Position numbers and translations under genes: made by a program
In this document: positions 28,187-42,650 of the stretch, piece after piece
Layout: each line of letters begins with the position of its first letter
Numbering within the stretch: the first letter of the stretch is position 1
The notes under the pieces: generated by a model
Seen by the model: the letters and a program-made list of their open reading frames with translations, nothing else
Told to the model about the DNA's origin: nothing
Databases searched by the model: none
DNA from: Chromera velia
Lineage: Eukaryota
Length of the DNA stretch: 64,000 nt
Direction: 5' to 3'
Assembly (NCBI GenBank): GCA_018398765.1
Contig: JAHBMJ010000223.1
Span: 62,001 to 126,000 of the forward strand

Positions 28187-31100
28187 GCAACTCTGTCTGT
28201 CTCCCTTTTTTGCTTTTTCATGTTTCCCTTTTCCCCGAATCGTCTTTCAAGCTCATGAAGGAAGACCTGCGTTGTTTTCGTTTTTCTTGACTCCCATTCC
28301 TCCCAAGCTCCTCCTTTGGAGATCTCTTTCGTGCTTGCACATGTCTTGGGTGCGGTTGTCATCTTTTGGCTCTCTCTGTCACTTTTTTTGCAAGGATTAT
28401 TTGAGTCTGCGTGCCCTGGGGCCCCTATCCCTCCCTGCATAGGCAGGGGAGCACTGGAACATTTGAGGCCAAGAAAAAAGGCCACAGCATTATGGGAGAA
28501 CCCCCCTCTTTCCTTCTGTCTCTATATGTGGTGCCAACAAACAGAGATCTTTTTCTGCCTGCCTTCCTGGATGCGTGCGTGCGTGCTTGCCTACACATGC
28601 AGGTATAAGAACAGCTACTTTTCCTCGTGGATCGACGCCTTCCACCCCGTCTTTTCTTTTTGTTTTCTCTGTATCTAAATGCATACACATGCATGCCTGC
28701 AGATATAAGAACAGCTACTTTTCCTCGTGGATCGACGCCTTCCACCCCGTCTTTTCTTTTTGTTTTCTCTGTATTTATTATGAAATGTAAATGCATACAC
28801 ATGCATGCCTGCAGGTATAAGAACAGCTACTTTTCCTCGTGGATCGACGCCTTCCACCCCGTCTCACCCCTAGGGGACCTTCTGGAGGCCTCAGTCAAGA
28901 GACTACAGCAACTCGAGAAGGAAGGTGAGTGGGTAGCAAGGTACCTACGTTGATGCATTGTTAGCCAGCCAGGCAGGAAGCGGATGAAATCAATCAGATC
29001 AGCCGAGGGAGGGACAGGAATAGAGAATCCCTCCCTAGACAGAGACGGAATGAAGGGCAAATAAATGGACAGACAGGCAGTCTTGTTGGCAGACAGACGA
29101 TGTAGACATAATGGAGGCTGGCTATTCTGTCGCTTTTTTTTTTTTCGCCCTGGCTGGTGGGTATTCGTACAGAACCAGATGAAAGCCGCATGCGTACAAA
29201 GATTATACAAAAAACCGTCAGCATTCTCCTTTTTGTTCGTGGCGTCCCGATGCGTCGTCCGCATTCCCTCAAAACAAGGAGTGCAAGTTTTTCGGTTAGC
29301 AGAGCCCCGCATGCATTTCGTCCTTCCTCCACAGGCTGCACTCCAGTGCTCGATTGATTTCATTCAATTGATCTCCCCCCCCCCGCGCAGGGCAACTGAA
29401 GCGTCCTCCCGACATCTCCACCTTCGAGCCCCTGCCTGACCCCCCCACCTCCACAGAGGTCCCCTCACAACCCCCAGAAGATCTGAACGACGCAGTCCTT
29501 GAGGCTGCCGTGGCAAAGGCCGAAGGAAGAGCGCCCGTCGGGGTAAAGCGAAAACCGATTTTCGAGAGGTGGAACAGGTTCAGAAGGGTTCACGGCCCTG
29601 GGGGCGGAGGCATTTCAGACTTCGCCTGCGAGACACGTCAGCTAAAGCCCGTGGAGAATGCAGCCACGGGGGCTGACGGCACGAATGTGACCAACCCCAC
29701 AGCTGCCGGGGTCCTCAAGGGAGCCGACGCCGCCCGTCTCCTCCCCTTTTGCAGCTACCCCCTGGGTCCTGTCGGCCTGGACCACTGGGTGAGGGAGGTA
29801 CCGCAAAAGCAGGAGGTCTCTAACGGGGTGCCTTTCGAGGTCGATCCCCCGACAAAGGTGGGCAGGAATATGATCCAAAGAATGCAGGAGGGGATGGAGC
29901 AGTACGCGAAGGCAAGTGCAAACAGTCCGGAGCCCCGACTGACACCTTTTCTTCCTGAGGAACTTGCCGCAATGGAGAAGGCGGCGGGGAGCGTTGATGG
30001 CAAAAAACTGGGAGAGAGGAAATTGACGGAGTTGCGTCAGCTGACACGTCAACTGAACGACTTGAAGGACCAGGACCGTCGGTTTGTTGCAGTGGCATCT
30101 GACTACATTCTTCAGGCAGCCAGTCTAGTGGAGGTCTCCTCATCTTCCTCTGGTTCTGCTTCGGGGGACGCAGACGCTGGGGGGGAGTCGGTTGAGCGTG
30201 CCAAGTTTCTTCTTCTCCGGCATGCCAAGCAGGAGAACCCCTTGTGGATTCAGTTTGTGATCGCATCTCTACTTTCCACGAACGCCCTTCATGATTGGCG
30301 ACTCCAGAATCCCTTCATAGGAGAGAAGGCCTGGAAGACCCTGTCGGACTTGACGGCCGTCTTCCTCCTGCATGCCAACCGGGTGGGCCTGGCCAATTTC
30401 GCCCTGACGTCCTGCAAAGAGCTGGAGGCTCTGTTGAAGAAATACATCGACGCGGAGAAGGCTGACAACAGCGCTTTGTTTGCAGGCATCTACCAAAAGA
30501 GCGTGCAACTTGCGCGGACGCTGAGGACAAAACGGGCATACGTCGACCAGAAGACGCTGGAGTACGATCCCAGGTTCCTGGTGTTTGAGTTTACATGGAA
30601 CCTAGTCCTCAGGCCTCGACAGGTCGAGTTGGTTCGAGACTTCAGAGATAATCTTCTGGAGGGACGGTCAGTGGTGAAACAGATGATCATGGGAGGTGGG
30701 AAAACGACGGTAGTCGGCCCTCTGCTGTGTCTGATGATGGCAGACGGGAAATCCCTTGTCACGGAGGTGGTCCCTCCCGCTCTTCTCGACTTCTCTCGTG
30801 GTGTTCTTCGTTCGACATTCTCTTCGATTATGTTCAAGAGAATCTACACATTCCACTGTGATCGCTCCACTGAGATGGATTCCCTTCAGGTGAGAAAACT
30901 CCAGAGGGCCAGAAAGACTTCTGCAGTCGTGGTCACTCAGCCGTCCTCTGTCAAGTCCCTAATGCTCAAATTCCTCGAGAACGTAATCACGGTCAACGAC
31001 CCCAACGCTGGGCCCGGAAAGGGCGACAAGAAGGAAATCGAGGAGGAAGCGTTGTGCTGTGCGAAGATGCTCAAATTGATGGGAAAGGGGGTTGTGATTG

Positions 31101-32582
31101 TCGATGAGGTGGATCTTGTTCTCCATCCTCTGAAGTCTGAATTGAACTTTCCCATTGGTGCAAAGAAGGATCTGGACTTCAATCCCGACAGGTGGCGTCT
31201 GCCCATTCACCTTCTGGACGCTCTCTTTTGTGCCGAAAGTTCTCAAAAGGTCCCCACGCACTTCTCTGAGAACATCAAGGCCAAGAACGTGATCAAGCAG
31301 CTGAAGAAGACCCTAGCTGCAGGATACAGCAAGCAGGCCCTGCAGAGAAATCCCCACATTGTACTGCTGGACCCTGACTTCTACCACGAGGCCGTGAAGC
31401 CCGTCGTTGCAGACTGGCTGCTCATCTGGCTGCAGTTGGAGCACGTGGGTGACAGTGCGCAGTATGCAGCGGCAGAGGAGGACCTCAAGGCGGTAGAAGG
31501 GAAGGAAGAGAAGGAAAAGGAGAAAGAGGGTGACGCAGGTAGGGGAGTATCTGAGGAGTCAGGTGGTTTGAGTGCGTCTGAGATGAAGGAGTACATTCTC
31601 GAAAGGGCCCCTCCCGGAAGCCCCCTTGCATTGAAAGTGGAGGGCTTGACGGCATCCGACAAGAAGATGCTCAACCTGTCGCACGAGTGGCTCACGGTCT
31701 TCCTCCCACACTGTCTCGCGAAAGTGGATCGTGTGTCGTTCGGCATCATGACCAAGGAGGACTACGAGAGGGCCATTGCGGTGCGTCCGTGCATATCCGT
31801 TCAAATGTGAAAAGATTTGTGCGACGTCATACGCGTGTGTGAGAGAAAGTGTTTGCATGCATGAGGCTGTGAGCGTTTGTGTGCATGTACGTGTCCGCAC
31901 ATAGTCTTTGTCTGCGTGCGTCATCACACGAAGGAACGGAGACGCTAGAAAGGATTCGTGCAATACAGCAGTGAAGGTGATTGATTGATCATGTGTCGAG
32001 TGCCCTCGCTTTTCTTTGCTTCCCCTTCCTTCTCTTTTCTGTGGGTGGGCAGACATTTAGAAGTGGCCGTCTGTATGTTTTGTCTGTTTGTATCGGATCG
32101 AGAGATGACGAACAAAAGATTCACCAGGCAACGTTGCGAATTAGTGTGTAAGAAAGCGAGTTAGAGAATAGGAAAGCATTGAGAACATCATTCAGATTCA
32201 ACCAAAATATCTATGTGATTGAAATGTATGGACGCACGAATGGGCCTGCAGGGGGAGTCCCATATGCCGCAGTCCGATGCGAAGTTTGTGTATGCATTTA
32301 TTTTCATACAGAATGAAAATGCATTTATTTTCATACAGGATTCGATAAATGAAAATAAATGCATGCAACGATCTGCAGGCGGAGCCCCATATGCCTCAGT
32401 CCCGCGCGAAGTTGGCGATTCCGTTCATAGGGAAGGACGTGCCATCGGGGGCTTCGGAGTTTGCACACCCAGGTGGGGGGGTAGGGGGGTAGAGGTACAA
32501 TCGAGGGTCTTTCTTCGTGTTTTTGTCCGAATTATATGTTTTCGCATTCGGTTCATCTCTTTCTGACGTCTCGCTCTCTCTC

Positions 32583-32649
<67 letters not shown>

Positions 32650-35600
32650 ACATCACCATCGGGCTCTCTGTGATGGCGTATCGCTACGAGGGTTTGCGTT
32701 ACTCAGATTTCTTTGACATTCTGGTCTCTCTCCAGTCCGCTTTCGGATCCGAACTGGGGCCCGTGCACGCGCGTCCCTCTGCGCTTAGGTACACCCAGTG
32801 GTGCAAGGAGGCGGGGGTGGCGGTGGGGGGCGTGGACGAGAAGGCGAAAACGGCGGAAGGGGATGAAAAGAAGCAAACGAATGAGGATGGATCGGCTGGG
32901 GGCAAGAAGGAGGAGGGGGCAGCCGCTGCGGATGAGGCAAAGGAAGAGGGTGACGAGAGTGGAGGGGAGGGAAAGGAAAACGAGAAACCGCGTGTTCAGC
33001 CTCTCCATCTTCTGCAAAGGTCCAATCAGGCAGAGGTGGGTGGGTGCATTGAGCCGTCCGATCGTGCAAGCATTGAGTGGCTGGTTGCTTTTTTGTGTGC
33101 ATTCATGAGACTGCTAGGGGATCTCTTTCTCAGATTCATCGTCCCTCCCTAATTCTTATTTTGGCGCCAGAATGTTTTTTCCTAGCTTCAAAGTCGCTTC
33201 TTCGTTTCTTTCAAAGACACCTCTTCCTACGACATAGGCACAGATGCCTTGCTTGTTGTGTTTGTGTACCTGCCTGTGTGGATTTCTAGACCCACATCAT
33301 GCGACATGCATCTGCGTGTCGAGTCAATGGGTTTCCTCATCTCCTTCAAGAAATGTGTTCTGGAATGCACCTTTATGTTTATACGTATGCATGTCTCTGT
33401 GCCTCTTTGTGCATGCATGCATGCATGTATGAATATGCATGTGTTCATGTGTGTGTGTGTGCACGTTGATGGGTGGGCACACATGCATGCAGGTCGAGGA
33501 GATCTTTGGTCTCCTCCGACGGCTCCCTTCCCTGATCCATTGGTACCTCACAGAGTTCGTCTTCCCCACACACATGCGGTCAGTCAGTCAGTCTCGAGGC
33601 AGGCAGGCAGGAGGGGATCTTGGTTGACCTTCGATACATCTGTCGCCAGCAGTTCCATTGGAGGGAAGCGTCGGGAATACACCACACGCACAGAAATGGA
33701 GTCAAATGCAGTAACACTCTTCTCTCAAAAGTCACGAGAGCTCTTTGCTTTTGACTTGACGTGTGCACTTGCAGATATCAGGAGGTGAAGCTGTCTGCGA
33801 GTGGGCAGGAGCTTGGAGGAGATATCCTCTTTGATAGGAGGATCGGATTCTCAGGTGAGTCGTTCTTTCTCCTGCATGCAATTTCTTTCCTTCCACTCTC
33901 AATGTAGGTTGGTTTGTTTTTTGTGTCTCGATCCTTCCTTCCTCATTTTTGATTTCGTTCCTTCTGTTAATCTTCGTCCTGTCCTCTCTTTACCGCTGTG
34001 GTTGCTTGCGATGTCAATCTGTCCCAGGCTTCTTTCTGTTCATGCTGATACCAACCTCAACTCCCTTCTCTCCTCTTGTCTCTTCTTTCTGTCTTCCCCC
34101 CCCCTGCAGGGACCCCCTCTGACTTGATGCCAAGGACCCTAGGCAAGTGCGGGTACGAGCCCGGGAGTGAGGGCGAGGTCCTCCACACACTCACAAATCC
34201 GGACGTGATCTCGTCAGTCAAACAGGGAGGGAGGGAGGCAGGAAGGACAAATCTTCGAGAACCCAGCCGAGCTTCCTTGTGTCAGAACTGATTGATCGAT
34301 CAATGCGCGGAACAATCGTGAGCAGAGGCAGGAAACAAACACAAAGGACAAAACGCGAAATTTTGCACCTGAGTGCAACCGCGCGCAGAGAGAAAGCAAA
34401 AGCCGTGGAAATGAAGAATTTGAGATGTACCATTCTGCAGAATGTAGGTTTGGAATAAGCTGGCACAATCAATCGACACGTCAACATTCTTTCTCTTTGT
34501 CTTGCTGCAGGTGCGAGAAAGTGACGGATGCCAAGTGGACTGTCTCCTCTCTCCTTCGGACCATCGCCCAGAGGAAGCCCTGTTTCCACGCCCTGATTGA
34601 CACAGGCGCTTTGGTGACAGGTCTCTCAAACAAGCAGGTGGCAGAGTTTTTGCTTGACAACGGTTTGCCTCACGAGGGCGTGGTATTCCTCGACGAAGAG
34701 GACAGGAAAGTGATTCTGGTTCGAGAGACGAGGTCGGTGGTGAAGCTTGCTGAGTGCGGAATTCCTCTGGAAAAGAGATTCGCGTACTACGATCAGGTGC
34801 ACACGACTGGAATGGACATTCAACACGTGTTGAATGCCGAGGCTGCGCTTCTTTTGGGCAAGGACATGACCTTCCGTGACTTGGCCCAAGGTGCTTACAG
34901 AATGAGGGGCATCGCAAAGGGACAGACGGTGTGTTTCTTCGTGATACCGGAGGTGGGTGAGTTGATCCAACGACAGATCAGACGAGCAGATGCGAAGTGT
35001 CTCTCTCCTGTAGGATCTCCCAAGAGGGCATTGGAGGAGGTTGCCGTGTGGTTGGTCCTCAACCAGATGGCATCTGAGAGGCTGCAGTGGAACATGTTGC
35101 AGATTCAAGACGCCTCGAATGTCTGGAGAAGGGATGCTTTCAAGAAGACGATCTCGAACCTTCAGGGCCTCACAACAGAGCCTGTCAAGGCCGCACTTCA
35201 AGTCTTCTCAGAAGATATTGAGTTCAACATCCCTGAGCAGCTGCCTCCTCCCCGTGGTCTCGGGACGGTCATCAAAGAGAAGGCCGACCCCTTCACTGCG
35301 CATATTCCTGAGGACGGCAGGGCGTTGATTGAAGAGATCATGGCAGACACGGAGGGGTGGGAATTTGCAGGAGACTCTGCAGGCCTGGAACAAGAGAAAG
35401 AGCAGGAACAGGAACAAGAGAAGCAGAAGGAACAGGAGCAGGAGATTGAGATCGAGAAGTACATCGACCTCGCATACTCTCGAGACAACGAGAGAGCCGT
35501 CCCTTGGCCCTTTGCTGACCTCAAGAAAGGAGTGGCGACTGCAGAAGATGGAGGGGCCGCTGTTCTGCCTACCCAGTTCTATCCTGCTGACGCGTTCAAG

Positions 35601-35781
35601 TTGTACAAGAAGAAACCTCTAAAGCTTGCCCCTGGCGTGTCTGTTGTTGTGACGAACAACTATTTCAACAGACGTTGGAGTGGGACCAGGCGGGTGAAGA
35701 ATATTGTGCTGGTGGTCGAGTGGGTGCCTTCTCTCGACGCCCTCACGGCCTGCAGAGAAGAAGTGAGTCAGTCAGTCAGTT

Positions 35782-35843
<62 letters not shown>

Positions 35844-38800
35844 CTGTCTATCTCAGCGGCTGTATCTAATTTACTCCAGTGATGCAAAAACTCATCGCCT
35901 GCCTGCCTCATGTGGTCACAACCTCTCTCTCTCTCTCCCTGCGTGTCTGCAATCAACTCATTGATCTGTGCATGAATAGATGATCGCGATGTCTGTGTGG
36001 ATTGATTGATGCGCACGTGAGTGCATGCACTTCTTTTCCCTTCCTTTCATATCAATGAATGCGTGCAGCTCGCTCTGAGCCCTGGCCTCGCTGCCCAGGC
36101 CGACGTGGCCCTCCAGAGGACCTGGCAACTCTTCGACCGGAAGAGCACCGGGAGGCTAGCCTTGACGGACGTGCAGAGGGTCCTCTTCGCAGTCTTCGCA
36201 GAGACGTTTGACACTGAAGCGGGTCGGTGGGAGCTAGGGGACGGCTGCATGAGGATTTGGTCGAGTGGATAAGCAAATGGGGTCCCCTCCCCCCCTCTGT
36301 GTGTGTGTGGACCGACAAGTATTGTTTCTCCTACTGGAAGCTGTTCGCTCGCTTTCGGTTCAAACGTGCAGGCATGCATTTTCTCTCGACTGAAGATATT
36401 GTCAAAAGGAACGAGTGTCGCGTTTCTGCTGTCCATTTGAACAAATTTACAACGCGTGTCGATGCGTCGACGTGTCAAAACCAGAAAAATATGAAGGACG
36501 TATGAGACCTGCATGTGTATTTGCAGTGTCGGAGGCCCTCGAAAGGCAGAGAGCGCTTAACGAGATGGCGGGGGTGAAGGGCGACTTGGAATCTTCAGAT
36601 CCCTCCAGTGTGACTCTGGGGCAGCTCCGGCAACTTCTTCTCTCCGGACACTTCAGACCGACAGACAGACCCCGATACTTCCTCGTCACCTCGATGCAGG
36701 GTGGGTGGGTCAGTGCCTGCAGGGGGGCACGTGTATGCGTGGCCGCCTCTGCTTATTTTTACTCATTCTGCTGTCAATTCAAAGAGACGCGGGCGGGCAG
36801 GCTGACAGACAGCCGTCGTTGTTTTTTCGATACACGGTGTGTGCGCACGGGCAAGCACGCAGGCCAGCAGGCCCAAAATGGGTCGATCAAGTTGCCCTTG
36901 GAGCCGGAATCTTTTTTGGAGAAGAAAAAACACCCAAATCAAATTGAAGGCTACGCAGAGAAATGGACTCCTTCTCACCTCTCATCCGTTGTCTGACTGT
37001 TCTGCGAATCCACCAATGGATGCCTGGATGAATGAATGAATGCCTGGATGAATGAATGAATGAATGAAACAAATGAATGGATGAATGAATGGGTGCAGAG
37101 GGAGAGACTATCAGACGGGTGATCCAACTGCGGAATTCTCAGAGACGGCCTCTGATCGCGGGGTCCTCCACGGGCCTCTGCCTCCGTTCCCTCTCGGCGT
37201 CCTTTGAGATTCTGGACGTTTCCCAGACCCCCGCGTTCCAGCACGGGCCTAGGTTCCAGCTGGCTTTGAATCACCAGACGTTGCGATTCCTCGACTGCCA
37301 CACGTTCTATGACGAGAGGGAAATTCGGATGTTGGTCAGGGCAACTCAGGAGAACGCACCTCTTCTGCGGCAGAGGTTCTTTGAGGCCATCGTGGGATGC
37401 AAGAGGAGATTCGGTCGGAAGTGGCAGAATCGGCCGATTGCGGGTGTTCTCACGGTGGTTTCCGAGTTCCATTTGTTACTCCAGACAGCACAGGCGGTGG
37501 CGCTCCGCATGGCGATTGAAGGTAAGGGGCTGGCTCTGCAGCACGCGTTCACGCTGTTCGACTCGGCAGAGGACGGCCACCTATCTCCTGAGGAGGTGTA
37601 CGGTGCGATGGAGTGGTTGGGCATTCCCTGTTCAGCTGAGGACGTCCTCGAGTTGATTGACGCTGCAGACAGAGACGGAGACCTCCTCTTGTCCCGCAGA
37701 GAGTTCTTTGACTTTGTGAAGCACAAGATTGACGTTCTGTTCGATGAGACAGACGATTGGAGTGCCCAGAAAGAGGCGGCATCGGGGCAGCTCTTCCGAG
37801 TCAAATCGCCGGTCGAGCTGCCCTTCCGAAAGGCCCAAAAGGTCCTCTTGGAGACCACACCTGAAAAAATTCATCACATCGGACTGTACACGCATGCGGG
37901 GGGGGCGCACGGAGCAGAGAAGAAAGGACCACCGGAGAGGCATGCAGCGACCCGTCGGTACATTCCTCGTTCTCGTGTGCGGGGTCAGAGGGGGTTGGAG
38001 GAGGAGCGGTCTCAGCAGGGGGCAGAGGAGAATCGGAGTGCCCGGGATGTGTTGAGTGACCTTAAGAGTCTCCACGCAGAGATGCAGAAGGAGTTGGACG
38101 AGGACTCCGGTGTGTTGGCGTCAGAGGGAAAGGACAAGCTTTCGGAGCTGCCCTCCAACTCTCCCACTGGGGCTGCTGCAGATGCGGTAGGAGGAGAGAG
38201 GAAGGGAAGCGAGGAAGACCCTGTGTGGGCCCGGATGATGAGTGCCCCGGCAGCAGGGACGGGGGGCGATTTGCCTTCCGGGACCGTTCCTGGAGTTTCG
38301 GGGGACTTTGACGTCCACTCGCTCCTCCCTCCTGTGCAGCCCTCAGTCTCGGGTCCGCATGCCCTCCCTCCGACTTCTGCGAGTCTCCCACCGGGTACTC
38401 TTCAGGCTCCACAAGGAGCTCTGAGGATTCGCCGTCTGTCGGGGGCAAGCGGGAGCAGTCCTTCTTGCAGCACCATGAGAGAGACCTCTGGTGGGCTTCG
38501 GTACTTCGCGCAAGAAGTGACCATCCTTCCCAAGGGAAAGGCCGAGCTACGTGCTCTCAGAGCTTCTCTCTCTGCAGAAAGGAAAAGAATGCTGGAGCTT
38601 GAGAAGAAACAGCTTGCTAAGGAGGAGAAGGAGTTGGTCGAAACGATAGAACTGGAAGAGGAAGAGAAGGGTGTGCAAAACCCGAAGCATGGGGATCGTG
38701 CAGTGCGGTTCGACTTTATGTTGGGGAGGCTGCCCAAGGGATCAGTTTGCGCAGGACGGATGGAATATCTACCTGACCGGGTCACCGATATGCAATTCCT

Positions 38801-41393
38801 TCAGGTCGGTCCGACTTTCTTTGTTTTGTGGTTTTGTTTGTTCAAGCACAGTGCCTTTGAATGTCATTCCGTGGTTCGGTCTGTCTATGGGTGATGAGCG
38901 AGAAAAAAGCGAAAGGAGGAATCAGGAAAGTCAACTGTTTGCGTTAGATCTGCATTCACTGCGCGAAAGGGAAGGATGTTGTGGGAGATCCATGGAGAAA
39001 AAAGTCTCAATGTTCGGCCTCCAGTGTTTTTTCCGTCAAGTATTTGTGGCCTTGCAAACTCCCTTCGTACTGAATTTTCCCCTCTGCTCATCATCTACGT
39101 GTCTCTCCTTCCCGCTTTTCGACTGGATGTCTCAATGACACATTTACTTACTTCTCACAAGAAATAGCGCAGAAAATGGTGAATGTCTGCTTCACACAAT
39201 CGGCCATCTCCTTCTGCCTGTATTCATTCATTTTCATACACAATTCTTTTTCAATTCAGGGAGATCATGAAAATGAATGCACTCTCTGCAGGTGGATCCC
39301 AAGTCCTACCTCCTTCTGCCGGACCTGAAGCTTCCTCCCAATGGAGGCGGCAGGAGGGTGAACAGGTACTCCGTCACGATCGCGATGAAGGTGATGAACC
39401 TGCCGGAGTCCATCGGTACACTCATCCACTTGAGAAGGAAACCAGAGGACGGGGAGGGAGGGAAGGCAGGGAGTGGAAAAGCAGGGGCAAGCTCAGGGAC
39501 TGCAGGGGGGGGGAAAGGGAAAGAGGGTGCAAAGGGCGGAGCCGCTGTTGCCTCCTCGACTTTGTTTGGGGGGGAGGCTGAGGATGAGATGCTGGTGGAT
39601 TTGGACGACGAAAACGATCCTGAGGAGGCACGCAGGGCTGACGAGAGGGAAATTTGGGATGCTGCTGCCGCCTCTGCCGCTTCTTCGTCAGCAGCTGCTG
39701 CGGCTAGTGGGGCTGGTCCTGCTGCTGCGGCAGCTTCGGGAGACGGTGAGAAGGATGCCAAGGCCAAGGGAGACACCGAGAAGGCGGCAGAAGGGACGGA
39801 GGGTGAAAAGGAGAAAGAGAAAGAGAAGGCGAAAAAAAAGGATGGGGGGAAAGCCACCACCGCCACAGCAAAGACAGTTGCGAAGAAGCCGGCTGCTGCT
39901 GCTGCGAAGGGGAAACCTGCTGCTGCGAAGAAGACGGCAGCAACGCAGAGTGAGTTTGTGTTGTGGAAATGTGGCGCCGTGGGTTTGCCCTCCCAGGATC
40001 TGAAGCTCTCGAAGGCGCCGCCGCTGACAGACAGAGAAATTCTGGTGCGCTCGGTCGAGTGGTCTGCAATTACTTTGGTCGTCGACAATCCCGCACACAG
40101 GTCCGTCGGTCGGTCGGTCGGTCGGTGGGTCTGTCAGAACTGCCTCCATTGAGTCTGCAGAGAGGGGGATTGGAGCATCGTTGTTGACATGGGTGCGTGG
40201 GTTGTTTGTGCACGTTTTGAATGTAAGTGTACGGTACGGAGAGGGACAAGAGCTTCACCCACCTGATTCATGTGGCAAGTGCGTTTCTTTGTTTCATTTG
40301 CTTCGATAGTGTTCGCAGCCTTCACACAGGAATGTTTCCTTCGTCTTTGAACCGACCGTGTGTTTGTTTTGAAGAAGTTGCAGCAGAATATACAAGACGA
40401 AAAGGGAGGGCTTTCAGATCGCGCGAACCGGTTTTCAAGCGATGAGCCCTAACAATCACTTCTTGAATGGAATGTATAGAAAACCTCATGATATCAAATA
40501 ATGAATATGTGCTTGCTGGCTGGTTTGGTTGCATCTATGCAGAGTCGACGTGTACGTGAACGGAGAGCTGGAGCAGTCGGTGTCGAACTCGGCTTCCCTC
40601 TACGTGGACGGCCCCCTGTCGCTGGATTCGGAAGCAGGTGAGGTGAGGAGGCAGAATCCGCGAGGCCTGCTGGGATCTCATCTCTGCACATGCAGATGGA
40701 AGGAAGTGATTGCAAGGATTGGCTTCGCTTTCTCTATGAATTTCGAACCGCTTCGTGAGAGAGTGCGTGGACAGACATAATGAGTGCAGAAGAGAATTAG
40801 AGATGAAGTGACTGGATGTGTTTATGTGTTTTTCCTCTTTCTTCTGCAAAAAAAAGTAAACGGTTGTCTTGCGACTGGCGCGCAGTCTCACCATGATTGG
40901 ATGGTCTTCTGCCTTCTTGCCTGCCTGTTCGCCTATCTTTCCCACTCCCTTCTTTTCCGTGATCGTGGCTGCATGCGTGTGTGAGTGAGAGCGGGGGGGG
41001 GAAGGAAAGTAGCAGATTACGCTTGTGTGTGAGTCTCTGTCTGTCGGCAAGGAAGGGCCGCAGGGTACGCTCAAGGCCTGGAGCTCTGGTACCCTTCTCC
41101 TAACAGAGCGCGCCAGAGCTCGCCAAAAGAAGAAAGAAAAAAACAAAAAAGAGTGAAGAAAGAGAAAAAGGAAAAGAAAAGACGATGTAGTCTATCTGTC
41201 TCTCTGGGAAACGTTTCTCCTCCCTCTCATGCTGCTGCAGGTCTGGCTCTGTTTGGGAATGAAATGACGAAGGAGGTGAAGTTCATGAAGGGCGGGAGCG
41301 TCCGTGAAGTTCTCGTCGAAGGCTGGGCGTTGACGAAGAATGATGTGGTCAGTCAGTCAGTCAACTCTGTCTCACTTGGTTGCTTCATTCTTT

Positions 41394-41441
<48 letters not shown>

Positions 41442-42585
41442 GTCTCTGTCTCTGTCTCTGTGTCTGTGGGTTGGTGGGTGGGTGCGTGCGCACGAATCTA
41501 TTCAAGACTATCTTTCTGCGTCTGGTATGTTCATGAGCACTTGAGCACCATGAAGTTTGTCTGTGCTGACAATGCCGGCGGCAGGTTCGTCGGCACGTCA
41601 ACCTAGGCTGCTGGCGGTCCCACACCCGAGAGGGAAAAATTGGGCCCTGGAACGGACCTGACTCTGAGAGGTGCTGGAAGACTGGGAGGTCAGTCTGTCT
41701 GTCTGTCTGGGTGCGTTCTTAGGCTAGATCTTGCTTAAAGTTTTTATTGTATGAAGAGTGGGATGGGTATGGGTGGACCGCTGGCCTGTTTCTCTGTGGG
41801 TGGAGGGAAGGCAAAGAAGGGAAGTTGTGTGCCTTTTCTTCTTTCAGAGTTGTGCGGAGATCCCTCTGGGCAGGCCTAGTATGCCTGCCTGTCTGATGTG
41901 ATTGATTGGCGCATTGACTAGGAAGGTGCCTGAGGTGAGATCTGTGTCGCGCTCTCTTTGACACATGCTTGCGCAGATGTTCATGTGATATGTATGCATG
42001 GAAGAAACATCTCTTCACATGCATGGATGCACACATTGCGTGCAGGTACCGTCCGAAGTCGGGGAGGCGCTTGCCGGAAGACAGAGACCCCCACTACCCT
42101 CATGTGAAGAGAGTGGTGGCAGACAACTTCCATGAACTCGTCATGGATCCCTCCAAACACGGTCAGTCTGTCTTTCTGTCTCTCTGTCTGTCTGTCTTTC
42201 TGTCTGTCTCTCTGTCTGTCTCTCTGTCTGTCTGTCTCTCTGTCTGTCTGTCTGTCTGTCTTTCTGTCTCTCTGTCTGTCTTTCTGTTGATCTCTCTGTC
42301 TGCCTGTCTGTCTGTCTGTCTGTCTCTCTGTCTGTCTGTCTGTCTCTCTGTCTGTCTTTCTGTCTGTCGGTCTCTCTCTGTCTGTCTTTCTGTCTCTCTG
42401 TCTGTCTGTCGGTCTGAAGAAAAGAAGGGAGAAGAAGAAACATATAGTCTGTCGGTCTGTCTTTCTGTCTTTCTGTTGATCTCTCTGTCTGCCTGTCTGT
42501 CTGTCTCTCTGTCTGTCGGTCTGTCTGTCTGTCTTTCTGTCTCTCTGTCTGTCTGTCTGTCTTTCTGTTGATCTCTCTGTCTGCC

Positions 42586-42650
<65 letters not shown>

